A DNA stretch of 64,000 bases from Desulfurococcales archaeon (GTDB lineage: Archaea; Thermoproteota; Thermoprotei_A; Sulfolobales; NBVN01), in contig WAKQ01000009.1 in the NCBI GenBank assembly GCA_015523295.1, positions 12,805 to 76,804 on the forward strand, given 5' to 3'. Below are positions 8,927 through 18,514 of this stretch, in pieces; within the stretch, counting starts at the first letter, position 1; each line of letters begins with the position of its first letter. The translations under genes and the position numbers were made by a program. Below the pieces are notes generated by a model, which worked only from the letters and a program-made list of their open reading frames with translations, made no database searches and was not told where the DNA came from.

Positions 8927-10277
8927 GGACCTCATAGTGAAGGAACTGAAGAATACCCTGCGGGATAAGAAAGTCCTGATCACATCCATACTCATGCCAG
9001 TGCTGATCTTCGGGATTATGGGTGTGATTTACGGCTTCGCCTTCGGTAAGGCTGCGCAGACCGTTAAGGAGAGTGTAACTGGATTGAAGGAAAACGCCGT
9101 CATATATGTATGTGATGAGGATACTGGGGTTTTCAGCAAGCTATTCCTGAACTTCACGTCAAACTACGCCCACAGAGCCGTTGTGGTGAGGGCATGCAGC
9201 TTTAAAGATGTGATCCAGGCCTTATCAGAGGGGAACTACAGCCTAGCTGTTTACATACCCTCGAATGCCTCCGAAGATCTTCAGGAACTTAGGCCTATCC
9301 CCATTAAGGTATTAATTAAGACGGACAAAGTATCATTTTCTTCGTCTATGGCACTCATGGGGATTCTTAATGCCTTCACATCAGGCCTAAACTCGTTCAT
9401 AAGGACATACATAGTTGCGTCTAGAGGCCTTAACCCCCGTGTAGTGATGTCCCCTGTCATACCGTACGCTGGCGTTATCTTTAGGGGAGCGTTAATTCCT
9501 CCCGAACTCCTTAACTCATTATCATCGTCTTTCTTTCTCTTCGCTTTTGCACCCTTAGTAGTTATTTCTATGGCTTTAGGTCAAGCAGCTTCCTCTATGG
9601 CGGTTGAGAATGAGGAGAAGACGCTTGAGGTCCTCTTATCACTTCCTATTCCGAGGTATAAGATTGTTGCTGCGAAATTGGTTGGGACAATGGTTGTAGT
9701 TATCCTTGCCACCCTTTCATTTGCTGCAGGCTCAGGAATATATGCCTACTCTCTCTTCACCTCCATGAACTCCCTAACTTCCAGTATGAGTAATACTTCA
9801 GGAGGTAGTGGGATGTTCTCGCTGAATGCCCTTACATCACTCATCGATCCGTTTACGGTAGGAGCGCTTATTCTCTCCACCTTCCTATCCTTAACCGCTG
9901 TTGCCTCACTAGGCCTTCTTCTCGGCTCGTTAACCCCCGATGTGAGGACGTCATCAACTTTCGTAGGCCAGCTCTCATTTCTTGTCATGATTCCAGGATT
10001 TATTCTGGCCTTCGTAGACCTTAGCTCCCTGGGGAGCTCAGGAGTAGCTTTAATGATCGCTCTATCGCCTTTCATAGCCCCCATCCTAGTGCTTAAGGCA
10101 TACATGGAGAACTTGCCATGGATTACGACAGCCACCTTGGTGTGGACGGCAGGTTTCACGTTATTGCTTGTGTATCTCTCATCCAAGCTGATTGATTCTG
10201 AGAGACTCTTAACGCTCCAGCATGCCTTCATGAGGAGAAGGCTTAAGGCTTCTAAGCTTTTTCAACGTAAAAGATAA
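8919..10277 (+). CDS. ABC-2 type exporter permease (NatB-like)
   Basis: Overlaps the ATPase gene by 8 nt. An N-terminal TM helix is followed by a large extracytoplasmic loop and a C-terminal bundle of hydrophobic helices. Confidence 0.75.
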   Translation: MLKDLIVKELKNTLRDKKVLITSILMPVLIFGIMGVIYGFAFGKAAQTVKESVTGLKENAVIYVCDEDTGVFSKLFLNFTSNYAHRAVVVRACSFKDVIQALSEGNYSLAVYIPSNASEDLQELRPIPIKVLIKTDKVSFSSSMALMGILNAFTSGLNSFIRTYIVASRGLNPRVVMSPVIPYAGVIFRGALIPPELLNSLSSSFFLFAFAPLVVISMALGQAASSMAVENEEKTLEVLLSLPIPRYKIVAAKLVGTMVVVILATLSFAAGSGIYAYSLFTSMNSLTSSMSNTSGGSGMFSLNALTSLIDPFTVGALILSTFLSLTAVASLGLLLGSLTPDVRTSSTFVGQLSFLVMIPGFILAFVDLSSLGSSGVALMIALSPFIAPILVLKAYMENLPWITTATLVWTAGFTLLLVYLSSKLIDSERLLTLQHAFMRRRLKASKLFQRKR

Positions 10278-10346
10278 TGTACTCCTATGGAAGGGAAAAC
10301 TTATTTATCTTAAATTAATTAAATATTTCCTTGCTGGTAATGTGGT

Positions 10347-11852
10347 ATGAAGCTAAAGGTAGACTTAGTTAAGAATGATTTAGGAGAGCTTCGCCTTATC
10401 TTCATTTCCAAGGAGATTGCTAAAGAGCTTGACCTAATTCCGGGTGGGAAAGCGCGTGTGATCGCCGGTTCAAAAGAAACTACGGTCTACGTGGCCATTG
10501 ATGGAGACGCAGGTAGGAATGTGAGGATGTCTGAAAGCCTTTACGAGAAATTAGGGAGGCCTAGGGAAGTGGATGTGAAACCTCATTTAATCCCTCCCTC
10601 AGTCAGCTTCATAAGGAAAAAGCTGGGTGGCGGTAAGCTATCCAAGGATGAGATCTATAGCATAATTAAAGATGTAGTGAGCGGGGTTTTAACCGATGTA
10701 GAGATAGCTGCCTTCGTCTCAGCACAGCTCAGCGTGGGGATGGATATAAATGAGATGGTCTCGCTCACTAAGGCAATGGTAGAGACGGGAAATGTGCTTC
10801 GGTTCGAAAAGCCAGTCTACGATATTCACTCCATAGGTGGAGTTCCAGGGAATTCTAAAGTATCCATAGTCGCTGTCCCTACCGTAGCCTCTGCTGAAGT
10901 GTTCATACCTAAGACCTCATCGCGTGCGATAACCTCTCCTGCAGGAACCGCCGACACTATGGAGGTCTTCGCCCCCGTCGAGTTTACCGCTGACGAGGTA
11001 TTGGAGTTAGCTCAGAAGGTCAACGGATTCATAATTTGGGGAGGCACTTTAGGATTGGCGCCTGCCGATGATATCCTTATCAGGGTGGAGTATCAGCTGC
11101 GTGTAGATCCAGTATCTCAGATGATAGCTTCAATACTCTCCAAAAAGCTCAGCATGGGTGTCCAGAACCTTCTCATAGATATACCTGTTGGGAGGGAGGC
11201 TAAGGTCGAGAGTTTGGAAGGAGCGCGAAACCTCGCGTCATTGTTCACCCAGGTTAGTGATGGGCTGGGTTTGAGCCTTAGGGTAGGGATAACCTATGGA
11301 GGGCAGCCCATAGGATATGCAGTGGGACCGGCGTTGGAGGCTAGGGAGGCCCTTGAGACGTTAATGGGCGGTGGGCCTACTTCCGTTAAGGAGAAAGCAA
11401 CGGCTTTAGCGGGTCTGGTGCTGGAGATGGCTGGAGTGGCCCCCAAAGGTGCCGGCAAGAAAACCGCTAAGGAGATTCTACTCTCGGGCAAGTCACTCGA
11501 AACCTTCAGGAAGATCGTTGAGGCTATGGGCGGTAATCCAGACGTGAAGCCCGATGATATAGAGGTAGGTAAGCATAAAGTGGAGGTAAGGGCTCCCATG
11601 GATGGATATGTAACCGGCGTTTACAATAGGCCTATAACAACTATAGCAAGAGCTGCAGGAGCACCTATCGATAAAGGTGCAGGCGTCCTTCTCCATGTTA
11701 AGAGAGGGCACAAGGTTAAGGAGGGTGATGTGCTAATGGAGATATACAGCAACTCAGCCCCCCGTCTTCAGGAAGCTCAGAGACTTGTGAGCGTCCTAAA
11801 ACCGATAACTATTGAAGGAATGCTGTTAGAGACATACCCGGAATACATGTAA
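10347..11852 (+). CDS. deoA: AMP phosphorylase (archaeal thymidine-phosphorylase family, DeoA type)
   Basis: 501 aa with the archaeal-specific N-terminal extension. Motifs HSIGGVPGN and KTSSRAITSPAGTADTMEV belong to the pyrimidine-nucleoside phosphorylase fold. Confidence 0.8.
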   Translation: MKLKVDLVKNDLGELRLIFISKEIAKELDLIPGGKARVIAGSKETTVYVAIDGDAGRNVRMSESLYEKLGRPREVDVKPHLIPPSVSFIRKKLGGGKLSKDEIYSIIKDVVSGVLTDVEIAAFVSAQLSVGMDINEMVSLTKAMVETGNVLRFEKPVYDIHSIGGVPGNSKVSIVAVPTVASAEVFIPKTSSRAITSPAGTADTMEVFAPVEFTADEVLELAQKVNGFIIWGGTLGLAPADDILIRVEYQLRVDPVSQMIASILSKKLSMGVQNLLIDIPVGREAKVESLEGARNLASLFTQVSDGLGLSLRVGITYGGQPIGYAVGPALEAREALETLMGGGPTSVKEKATALAGLVLEMAGVAPKGAGKKTAKEILLSGKSLETFRKIVEAMGGNPDVKPDDIEVGKHKVEVRAPMDGYVTGVYNRPITTIARAAGAPIDKGAGVLLHVKRGHKVKEGDVLMEIYSNSAPRLQEAQRLVSVLKPITIEGMLLETYPEYM

Positions 11853-11929
11853 AATAACTAATGTCTTTCCTGGTGTTCTTCTTTCCTCTGGAAATGTTTT
11901 TACGCTTTATTGCCCATCATTTCAGGTTG

Positions 11930-12883
11930 ATGGCGATGGACGTCATTATAACTCACACAGATCTGGATGGTGTTGCATCAGCTGCCCTTGTAGTTAGGGG
12001 TTTAGGGAGAGAGCCTGAGAAGATATTATTCGCTCAGCCCCATCAACTCCATGCAGTATTGGGTAAGGTTCGTGGAGGTTCGAAGCTCTACATAACTGAC
12101 CTAGGAATAAACCCGTCAACACTGGCTAAGGTTGTGGATGAGGTTAAAAGGATCGTGGACAGTGGAGGCAGTGTCAGATGGTTTGATCACCACATATGGG
12201 ATGATGAATGGATCCGCAAAGTTAGAGATGCTGGGGCCGACCTTTACGTGGATACCTCGACATGTGCTGCAGGAGTGGTTAGTAGGTACTTCCCTGTATC
12301 AGGTCCTGGCGTTGACGATCTGGTGTCAGCTACCTGCTCCATAGATCTATGGGTGTTTAATGACTGGAGAGGGAATTTCCTTGCGAGATTCGTAGCGTAT
12401 AGGAAAGGTTCAAGATGGCGTGAGGAGGCTGTTAAGAAGCTGAGCAGTTTTGACGGTCGCCTAGACGATGATACTATGAGGGCAGCTGAAGAGGTGATCG
12501 ACAAGGAGTTGAAGCTATACTCCAAGGTCGCTAAGGAGGCAGAGCTTAGGGAGTGCAGGGGATTAAAGATCGCTTACTACTTCAAGAACAATGATGAGCA
12601 CGCCACTTCATATATAGGTAATTTAATGCTTAGCCGCTTTGATGCGGACATTGCAGTGATCTGTAAGCTGAAGTCAATCAGTTTGAGGAGCAAAGGCTTT
12701 AACGTAAGGGAATTAGCTAAGAGGTTGGGTGGTGGAGGTCATCCACGAGCATCCGGTGCTAAGATGAAGCCTCCTCTCCTTAAGTATCTGCTGGCGGTCA
12801 TCGGGATTAAAGGACCTTTAGAGAAATGGTGTGTATCTGAGGTGGTTAAAGCTCTATTATCGATGCAGCTTGAAGGAGCTTAG
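11930..12883 (+). CDS. DHH/DHHA1 family phosphoesterase (NrnA/RecJ-like)
   Basis: DHH motif I ITHTDLDGVASAAL and DHHA1 motif GGGGHPRASG. The track ORF starts at 11861, but the hydrophobic 23-aa leader looks spurious. ATG at 11930 or 11936 fits better. Confidence 0.8.
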   Translation: MAMDVIITHTDLDGVASAALVVRGLGREPEKILFAQPHQLHAVLGKVRGGSKLYITDLGINPSTLAKVVDEVKRIVDSGGSVRWFDHHIWDDEWIRKVRDAGADLYVDTSTCAAGVVSRYFPVSGPGVDDLVSATCSIDLWVFNDWRGNFLARFVAYRKGSRWREEAVKKLSSFDGRLDDDTMRAAEEVIDKELKLYSKVAKEAELRECRGLKIAYYFKNNDEHATSYIGNLMLSRFDADIAVICKLKSISLRSKGFNVRELAKRLGGGGHPRASGAKMKPPLLKYLLAVIGIKGPLEKWCVSEVVKALLSMQLEGA

Positions 12884-12918
12884 ATGAACTACAGAAGCAA
12901 ATCTTTTAAAGAGTCTTA

Positions 12919-13281
12919 ATGGTGAGAGATTGGGGGTGTACCCCCTTGTATGGGGGTCCTGTTGTTAGGTTAAAAAGGAAATTGACTGTAGAAAACTTAT
13001 GGATGTACGTCCTAGCGGTCTTATGTGACGGGCCAACATATGCATATGATATTAGGAAAAGGATTGTGAGGGAATTCGGATTTAAACCTTCGACAATAAC
13101 CCTTTACTCTGTCGTTTACAGGTTGAAGAGAGAAGGCCTTATCCGCGAGATCGATGACGGCGTTAAGGTTTACGAGGTCACTGACGATGGCGTTAAGTCT
13201 CTCAAGGATGCGGTTAAGTTCATAGAGGATAGTACCAGCAAGATCAAGAAAAAGGCAGCCACACCACATGTAAGTGAGTGA
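12919..13281 (+). CDS. PadR-family transcriptional regulator
   Basis: The pattern LWMYVLAVLCDGPTYAYDIRKRI...TLYSVVYRLKREGLI is typical of PadR. The start is uncertain: in-frame TTG at 12946 lies after a GGGGG-TGTA-CCCCC hairpin at 12931-12944. Confidence 0.75.
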   Translation: MVRDWGCTPLYGGPVVRLKRKLTVENLWMYVLAVLCDGPTYAYDIRKRIVREFGFKPSTITLYSVVYRLKREGLIREIDDGVKVYEVTDDGVKSLKDAVKFIEDSTSKIKKKAATPHVSE

Positions 13282-13327
13282 GGTTTTGAGGCATTAAGGT
13301 TAAAGTTTTGCTCACCATTACCTCAAG

Positions 13328-13885
13328 GTGCGTCATCCTTTGTATGCTATAGGCATTGATTTGGCAGCACGTCCAACTAAGTGCTCTGGATTTGCGGTCA
13401 TTGAGATGGGTTCTCAAGACGTGTTAAGGAGGGTAGCATGTTTGGGAAGTGATGAGTCTATCTTACGGGCTGTCAAGCAGTATGGGAGGGCAGTAATCGC
13501 CGTTGATGCCCCTATAATGCGTGAACCTGGGATGCGTGAAGTTGATAGGAAATTGATCAGGATGGGTTCAAGGGTGTTCCCTCCTAATTTCTCATGGATG
13601 AAGGTGTTGTCGGTGAGGGCTTGGAGGATAGCGGGCATACTTATGAAATCAGGTTATGAGGTTATTGAAACTCACCCGAGGAGTGCCCTGCTCTCTTCAG
13701 GAGTACCTAATGCAAAAAAGCTCCTTAAAGTGCTGGGGATAAGGGTTGAGGTAAAAGATCTTAGGAAGAAGGACTTGTTGGACGCCGCAGTGGCTTCTGT
13801 TGTCGCTTACTGCGTGATTAAGGGGTGTGCTATCAATGTGGATGACGGTGAGTATAAGATCTATCTATTAAGGAGGCTTGCCTGA
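13328..13885 (+). CDS. Predicted RNase H-fold nuclease-like protein (DUF429/COG2410-like)
   Basis: 185 aa. The N-terminal YAIGIDLAARPTKCSGFAV strand-turn pattern is typical of RNase H-fold DUF429 proteins. Assigned from memory of the family only. Confidence 0.45.
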   Translation: MRHPLYAIGIDLAARPTKCSGFAVIEMGSQDVLRRVACLGSDESILRAVKQYGRAVIAVDAPIMREPGMREVDRKLIRMGSRVFPPNFSWMKVLSVRAWRIAGILMKSGYEVIETHPRSALLSSGVPNAKKLLKVLGIRVEVKDLRKKDLLDAAVASVVAYCVIKGCAINVDDGEYKIYLLRRLA

Positions 13886-13887
13886 GC

Positions 13888-13896
13888 AGGTTTTTA
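13888..13896 (+). terminator. Oligo-T tract immediately after the stop of the 13328..13885 gene
   Basis: GCAGGTTTTTAG, with T5 at 13891-13895. Archaeal termination typically uses such T-runs. Confidence 0.35.
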
Positions 13897-14007
13897 GATT
13901 TCTTAGAGCGTTAATGATGAGTTTCCTGCTTACTAGCAGCTTGAGTAAGGTAAGAGAACATTTGTGGCTTAGAGTGGTGAGCTCACGGATTTCAAGGTCT
14001 TAAATCT

Positions 14008-15462
14008 TCAGATTTCGCTCTCTGATGGTATATATGTTATTACGATACCTTGTGTTTTCCTTGACCACCACCTCAGATAGTCCTGAAGGGATATTCTTTC
14101 ACTTACGTTAACGTTGAATTTCTTCCTCCCCCATTCTAGGTCATCGTAGCTTATTCTCCCACCTCCCTTGCTTGCAGCGAGCCTTAGAAGAGCATCCACT
14201 TCAGCCAGAGTAAACCATTTAGTAATATCAACCATCTTGTTGATGACTCCTTCATCATGGAAGGATACCCTGTATCTTTGAGAGTTCTTGAGAATTGCTT
14301 TCATTCGTGTCCTCCTGTCCGGATATCCCATCACGACTGTAACGTCTATTCTTCCAGGTCTTAGGATGGCAGGGTCTATTAAATCAGGGTTGTTAGCAGT
14401 TAATATAGTGAAGGGCCTGTCAGGTCTCTGTAGGTGGTAGAGGATTGTCGATATTTCGCTTATATGGGCTTCATGCATTGTGTATTTTCTTGAGGAGAGG
14501 AATTCAGCATCATCAATTATCAAGGCGATGTGCTTTCTCTTCTTAACTATTTCCTTGAAAATCGCGTTAAGAGTTCTCTCAGTAGCTCCATACCACATGG
14601 ATCTGTATGTCTGAGGCCTTAGCTCGACGACTTTAAGTCCTAAAGAATCGGCTAAGGCCTCAGCCATAACGGATTTCCCCACTCCTGGGGGTCCTGTGAG
14701 GAAAGCCCCCTTCGTGGCAAAGGACATGCCCTTCTTCAAAGGTTCAACTATAGATGTTTTGATGTCTTCGATTATAGAGGATGGGAGATCTTCTAGTTTC
14801 CATTCAGGTTTCCTTACGGGGATCTTAACTTCCCTATATTCACCCCCGTCATTTAGCACGGCTTTTATCTCCTCAACGCTTCTACCTTTAGCTGTGAGGG
14901 CGATTATAGCTAAAGGTGATGTGAGATTAGTAGGATCTAGTCTAAAGTATCTGCCATTAAGTGGAGAGAGCTCGCTTACCGCAGCTTTCCATAGACGACT
15001 GGCTACGGCACTAGCGTGTTTCTTCATCAATGAAGATGACGTTCCTGGATTCACCGTTATTATAAGAGGCCTGATGTAATCCACATAGCTATCTTTGCTT
15101 ACCGTCAGCGAGAATGAAAGAGGCCTAGGATTTCTAAAGCCCTCAATCACTGCAGAGAAGACCCCATAGGCGGGGTTCTTAAGGACTGATTTACCTATGA
15201 GGTTTAGCGAGAGTGGGACTAAAGCATAGGCTAATTCCTTTCTCGACGGATACCTACTCACTAACACTTTAAGGAGGAATTTTGACTCAACGTCGTCCAA
15301 GTCTATGAGTTCCTTTGCTCTCTTGCTCAGCGTTGCAAGCAACTTATAGGAAAAGAAGGTCTCCTTAGGCCGTATAAAGGATAGGTAGAAGGTTCTGACC
15401 CCTTTATGTAGGTTGCTCCATAAAACCTTGATATCTGCCATCCTTCTCTCCACTTCCCTCAC
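14008..15462 (-). CDS. AAA-family ATPase (single classic AAA module) with an uncharacterised N-terminal domain of about 230 aa
   Basis: Walker A GPPGVGKS, Walker B LIIDDAEF, and second region of homology NNPDLIDPAILRPGRIDV. Confidence 0.85.
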   Translation of the reverse strand: MREVERRMADIKVLWSNLHKGVRTFYLSFIRPKETFFSYKLLATLSKRAKELIDLDDVESKFLLKVLVSRYPSRKELAYALVPLSLNLIGKSVLKNPAYGVFSAVIEGFRNPRPLSFSLTVSKDSYVDYIRPLIITVNPGTSSSLMKKHASAVASRLWKAAVSELSPLNGRYFRLDPTNLTSPLAIIALTAKGRSVEEIKAVLNDGGEYREVKIPVRKPEWKLEDLPSSIIEDIKTSIVEPLKKGMSFATKGAFLTGPPGVGKSVMAEALADSLGLKVVELRPQTYRSMWYGATERTLNAIFKEIVKKRKHIALIIDDAEFLSSRKYTMHEAHISEISTILYHLQRPDRPFTILTANNPDLIDPAILRPGRIDVTVVMGYPDRRTRMKAILKNSQRYRVSFHDEGVINKMVDITKWFTLAEVDALLRLAASKGGGRISYDDLEWGRKKFNVNVSERISLQDYLRWWSRKTQGIVITYIPSESEI

Positions 15463-15530
15463 CTAATGAATGATTCGGCAAACAAAGGAATTAAACAGTT
15501 AATCCCCATTGACAGTCCTAAGATCGAGAA

Positions 15531-16544
15531 CTACATAGAGAGTTGTGCTATGGATGAAGGGTCAGGTACTCTGAAGCCAACAAGTCTAAGGAATTTCATG
15601 ATTTCATTCCTGTCGATCGATTCATTTAACCTGTAAAACCTCCACCCTTCTTTGATTACATCTGTCGGTATTCCCACCTTCCACGAGTACCAATCAAACC
15701 ATGTGGTTGGATTCCTCACGAAGTCACGGAGCGCCCCCTCATATTCCCGCTTCACCTTAGCGATCAGATCATTAGGTAACCCGGCATGTACGGCTAGAGT
15801 GCAACAGTATCTCAGTTCATAGTCTTCCGGCTTTGCCACTGGTTTAAGCCCGTAGGTCATTAATTCTTTAGTTAGGGGGTGCCACACAGTGAAATATTTT
15901 GCGCGTCCTCTCTTAGCTAGGGATAATGCCTTTACAGGATCCTTGAAATATAATGTTCCTGAAGCATCAATCTCGCCTGAGCCAAGAGCAACTGATCTTA
16001 GAATATCCATTGTGGAGAGATAGCTTGAAACTATTAAATCATCCCTGCTTCTCGAGTTCTCAAGAATTGCTGCCCCTCCGTAAGCGCCCCCTCCAATAAC
16101 CCTAATGTTCTTGAATGTAGTGTAGAAGTAGATCTCAGTCACAAGCGGTGCAAGAGCCAACTGTATTCTACCCCTAACTAATTCGCTGACAGTTTCCAAA
16201 GCATTCATGTAAATTACCACCCTGAGCCTAATACCGGCCTTTCTTTCAAGCCTCTTAGCGAATGGTGCTAGGAAGGGGTATTCACTGGACCATACTATAC
16301 CTATTGAGATTGACTTAGCATCTCTATAATCGGTTCTAGTATCCTCTGAGAGTTTGAGTACGTACTGATTATTCAATCTTCTCCTAATGATGATGCCCTC
16401 CTCTTCCAGCCTCTGAAGGACTTCGCTTATCCTAGACCTAGAAACCCCTAAGACCTTATGAAGGATGGACTGCGGTACATACTCGCTATCAGTGCTTTTA
16501 AGGTACTCAATAATCCTCGACCGAATGAACCCTTTTCTCCCCAT
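15531..16544 (-). CDS. Transcriptional regulator: N-terminal winged helix fused to a periplasmic-binding-protein-like (NMT1/THI5-type) ligand domain
   Basis: wHTH segment ILHKVLGVSRSRISEVLQRLEEEGIIIRR is followed by an alpha/beta PBP-like region of about 250 aa. Divergent from the symporter operon. Confidence 0.6.
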   Translation of the reverse strand: MGRKGFIRSRIIEYLKSTDSEYVPQSILHKVLGVSRSRISEVLQRLEEEGIIIRRRLNNQYVLKLSEDTRTDYRDAKSISIGIVWSSEYPFLAPFAKRLERKAGIRLRVVIYMNALETVSELVRGRIQLALAPLVTEIYFYTTFKNIRVIGGGAYGGAAILENSRSRDDLIVSSYLSTMDILRSVALGSGEIDASGTLYFKDPVKALSLAKRGRAKYFTVWHPLTKELMTYGLKPVAKPEDYELRYCCTLAVHAGLPNDLIAKVKREYEGALRDFVRNPTTWFDWYSWKVGIPTDVIKEGWRFYRLNESIDRNEIMKFLRLVGFRVPDPSSIAQLSM

Positions 16545-16585
16545 TTGCCTCCATTAACCTATTTGAGGTAAAGCTTAATTTATAT

Positions 16586-16606
16586 TTCCGAATAATTGTT
16601 CGGGAA
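16586..16606. promoter_or_regulatory. Operator-like inverted repeat between the TATA-like box and the symporter operon start
   Basis: TTCCGAA-taattg-TTCGGGAA lies directly downstream of the AT-rich box TTAATTTATAT (16575-16585) and upstream of ATG 16612. Confidence 0.35.
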
Positions 16607-16611
16607 TATCT

Positions 16612-16800
16612 ATGAGGGCTCGCGTAAGGGATATATCTTACGCGCTGGCAGGTATTTCCATTCTACTGATTCACTACCTCGTCCCCTATACGATGTTGAA
16701 GAATGCTGAGGGTTTCTCACTGTATGCTTTCTGGGGCACTCTAGCCACGATCTGGCTCTTAATAACTATAATCTATTTGAAGGGTGACAGGGATGAGTGA
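16612..16800 (+). CDS. Small two-helix membrane protein (DUF3311-like) preceding a sodium:solute symporter
   Basis: 62 aa with two hydrophobic helices. It overlaps the symporter start by 17 nt, the usual arrangement for DUF3311 partners. Confidence 0.5.
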   Translation: MRARVRDISYALAGISILLIHYLVPYTMLKNAEGFSLYAFWGTLATIWLLITIIYLKGDRDE

Positions 16801-18286
16801 GACTTCCTTCCTAATCTGGTTCGCGGGAATGCTCATAGGGTATATAGTCGCTGGCACGGCCCTCGCGATTTTCTCAAGAAGATATGGGGTGAGAACCTCC
16901 GCGGACTACTTCGCTGCTGGGCATAGGCTCGGAGGTCTCATGGCTTCAATGACTTATGCAGCAACTACATATAGCGCCTTTATGATGATCGGCCTAGTAG
17001 GTCTGGCATACGCTACCGGATCAGGCGCGTTGGGATTTGAGCTCTCATACCTAATAGCTACTCTGCTGCTGCTCGGCGTCTTTTCCAAGAAGGTTTGGAA
17101 GTTAGGGAAGGAGAAAGGATGGGTAAGCGCTTCAGAAATGCTATCAGATCTCTACGGGTCAAGATTCATAGGCCTTTACACAGGTTCTCTATACTTAGTA
17201 GCTCTCATACCTTACGTATCTGCGCAGTTCATAGGTATTGGAAAGATCTTTGAGGGATTAGGAGTAAGTTATGGTTTAGGAGTAGCTGTCGCTGCACTCT
17301 TAGTCCTTCTGTGGGTCGTGATAGGAGGCATGTGGAGTAAGGCGACCACCGACCTCTTTCAAGGTATTTGGATGATTTCAGCGGCTATTTACTTCGTCCT
17401 ATGGCTAGTTCTAGGGTATCTCCCATCGGAAAAAGTTAACCTCCCTCAGATAGCCCTATCATTGACTAGAACCGGATATTCAGGCCTTACTCCTTTCTGG
17501 AGCATATCTACCTTCCTCGCGTTCACTATACCATGGTGGTTTTTCTCAGTGACCAACCCTCAAGTAGTCAGGAAATTGTTCATGCCGTCAAATGAAAAAT
17601 CTCTTAAATCCATGATAAAGTACTTCGGCATTTACGGCCTCCTCTACACACTTATCGTAGTGTTTATAGGGCTCACAGCCAGAGGTCTAACCAATTTAAA
17701 CATCTTCCCAAAGGTTACCGATAGAGACTTAGTAACCCCTCTCCTCCTCCTGCGGCTTGACCCGGCCTCAGCATCTTTCATTTACGTGTCCATAGTTGCG
17801 GCAGCAGTCACTACAGCTAATTCAATCATACTTTCCGTAGCAGCGTCCTTCATAAGAGACGTATATGAGAAAATGGTTTTAAGGCAGGTAGGTAATGCTC
17901 GTCCTATTAAGGCAGCTGATTTAACAGTCGTGCTCCTAACACTTTTAGTCGCCTTCATAGCTTATCTAAGGCCTTCATTTATCGTCGAGATGTCAGTGCT
18001 TTCTTCCCTAATACTTCTCCCTCTTGCACCAGTTACCCTAGCAGCATGGATATACCCTATTAAGGTAAGGGGGAAAGCAATTAAGTTCTCAGCATCCATT
18101 GCTGTAGTAGCGGGAACGCTGATCCCGTTAATACTAGCCCCCCTAATAGGGGCGAAGAGAACGTTAACCATGAGTTGGTTTTCACTCCCTCTATCTGCCT
18201 GGCTACTCATTATGGTTACAGCCCTCCTAGTAGCTGGCTTCATCTTCGAACAGGGATTGGCAAGCGAAAATAGTAAGTTAAAATAA
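16784..18286 (+). CDS. Sodium:solute symporter (SSS) family transporter
   Basis: 500 aa with about 13 hydrophobic helices and SSS-like sequence patterns (GHRLGG..., YVSAQFIGIGKIF). Confidence 0.8.
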   Translation: MTGMSETSFLIWFAGMLIGYIVAGTALAIFSRRYGVRTSADYFAAGHRLGGLMASMTYAATTYSAFMMIGLVGLAYATGSGALGFELSYLIATLLLLGVFSKKVWKLGKEKGWVSASEMLSDLYGSRFIGLYTGSLYLVALIPYVSAQFIGIGKIFEGLGVSYGLGVAVAALLVLLWVVIGGMWSKATTDLFQGIWMISAAIYFVLWLVLGYLPSEKVNLPQIALSLTRTGYSGLTPFWSISTFLAFTIPWWFFSVTNPQVVRKLFMPSNEKSLKSMIKYFGIYGLLYTLIVVFIGLTARGLTNLNIFPKVTDRDLVTPLLLLRLDPASASFIYVSIVAAAVTTANSIILSVAASFIRDVYEKMVLRQVGNARPIKAADLTVVLLTLLVAFIAYLRPSFIVEMSVLSSLILLPLAPVTLAAWIYPIKVRGKAIKFSASIAVVAGTLIPLILAPLIGAKRTLTMSWFSLPLSAWLLIMVTALLVAGFIFEQGLASENSKLK

Positions 18287-18514
18287 ATTCCAAAGCTAAT
18301 ATTTAAGTTGATATAACTGAAACGTAAAGAATGATGAGTAATTTAACTCAATGGTTTTTCCTATAACGATTTAATTAAAAAGTCTAAAATGCTTCATATA
18401 TTTTATCTGCGCTATGATGTAATAAACTTACATGAGATTCATGGTTTTAGAAAATATCCATTTCCACAATTGAATTCAACAATTTTTTAAAGAGCGGCTC
18501 AAGGAGATTAACCG

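Noticed and set aside
9746-10231. Long antisense ORFs inside real genes. Examples are 9746-10231, 14696-15079, 40618-41034, 50252-50584, 61034-61333 and 1114-1428.
   Set aside because: Each lies entirely within, and opposite to, a gene with strong family motifs. Their translations are low-complexity (Ser/Pro/Leu-rich) with no motifs. These are typical shadow ORFs.
18330-18338. C-box-like AATGATGAG in the 228-nt AT-rich spacer upstream of the BMP operon, and a similar AATGATGA at 13913-13920. Both could mark C/D box sRNAs.
   Set aside because: There is no D box (CTGA) or C'/D' pair at the expected spacing of about 12 nt and 50-60 nt on the same strand, and no terminal stem.
18470-18479. A perfect 10-bp palindrome, TTGAATTCAA, just upstream of the TATA-like box of the BMP ABC operon.
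   Set aside because: It is short, AT-rich and contains an EcoRI site. The chance expectation in a 228-nt AT-rich spacer is not negligible, so it is not reported as a finding.
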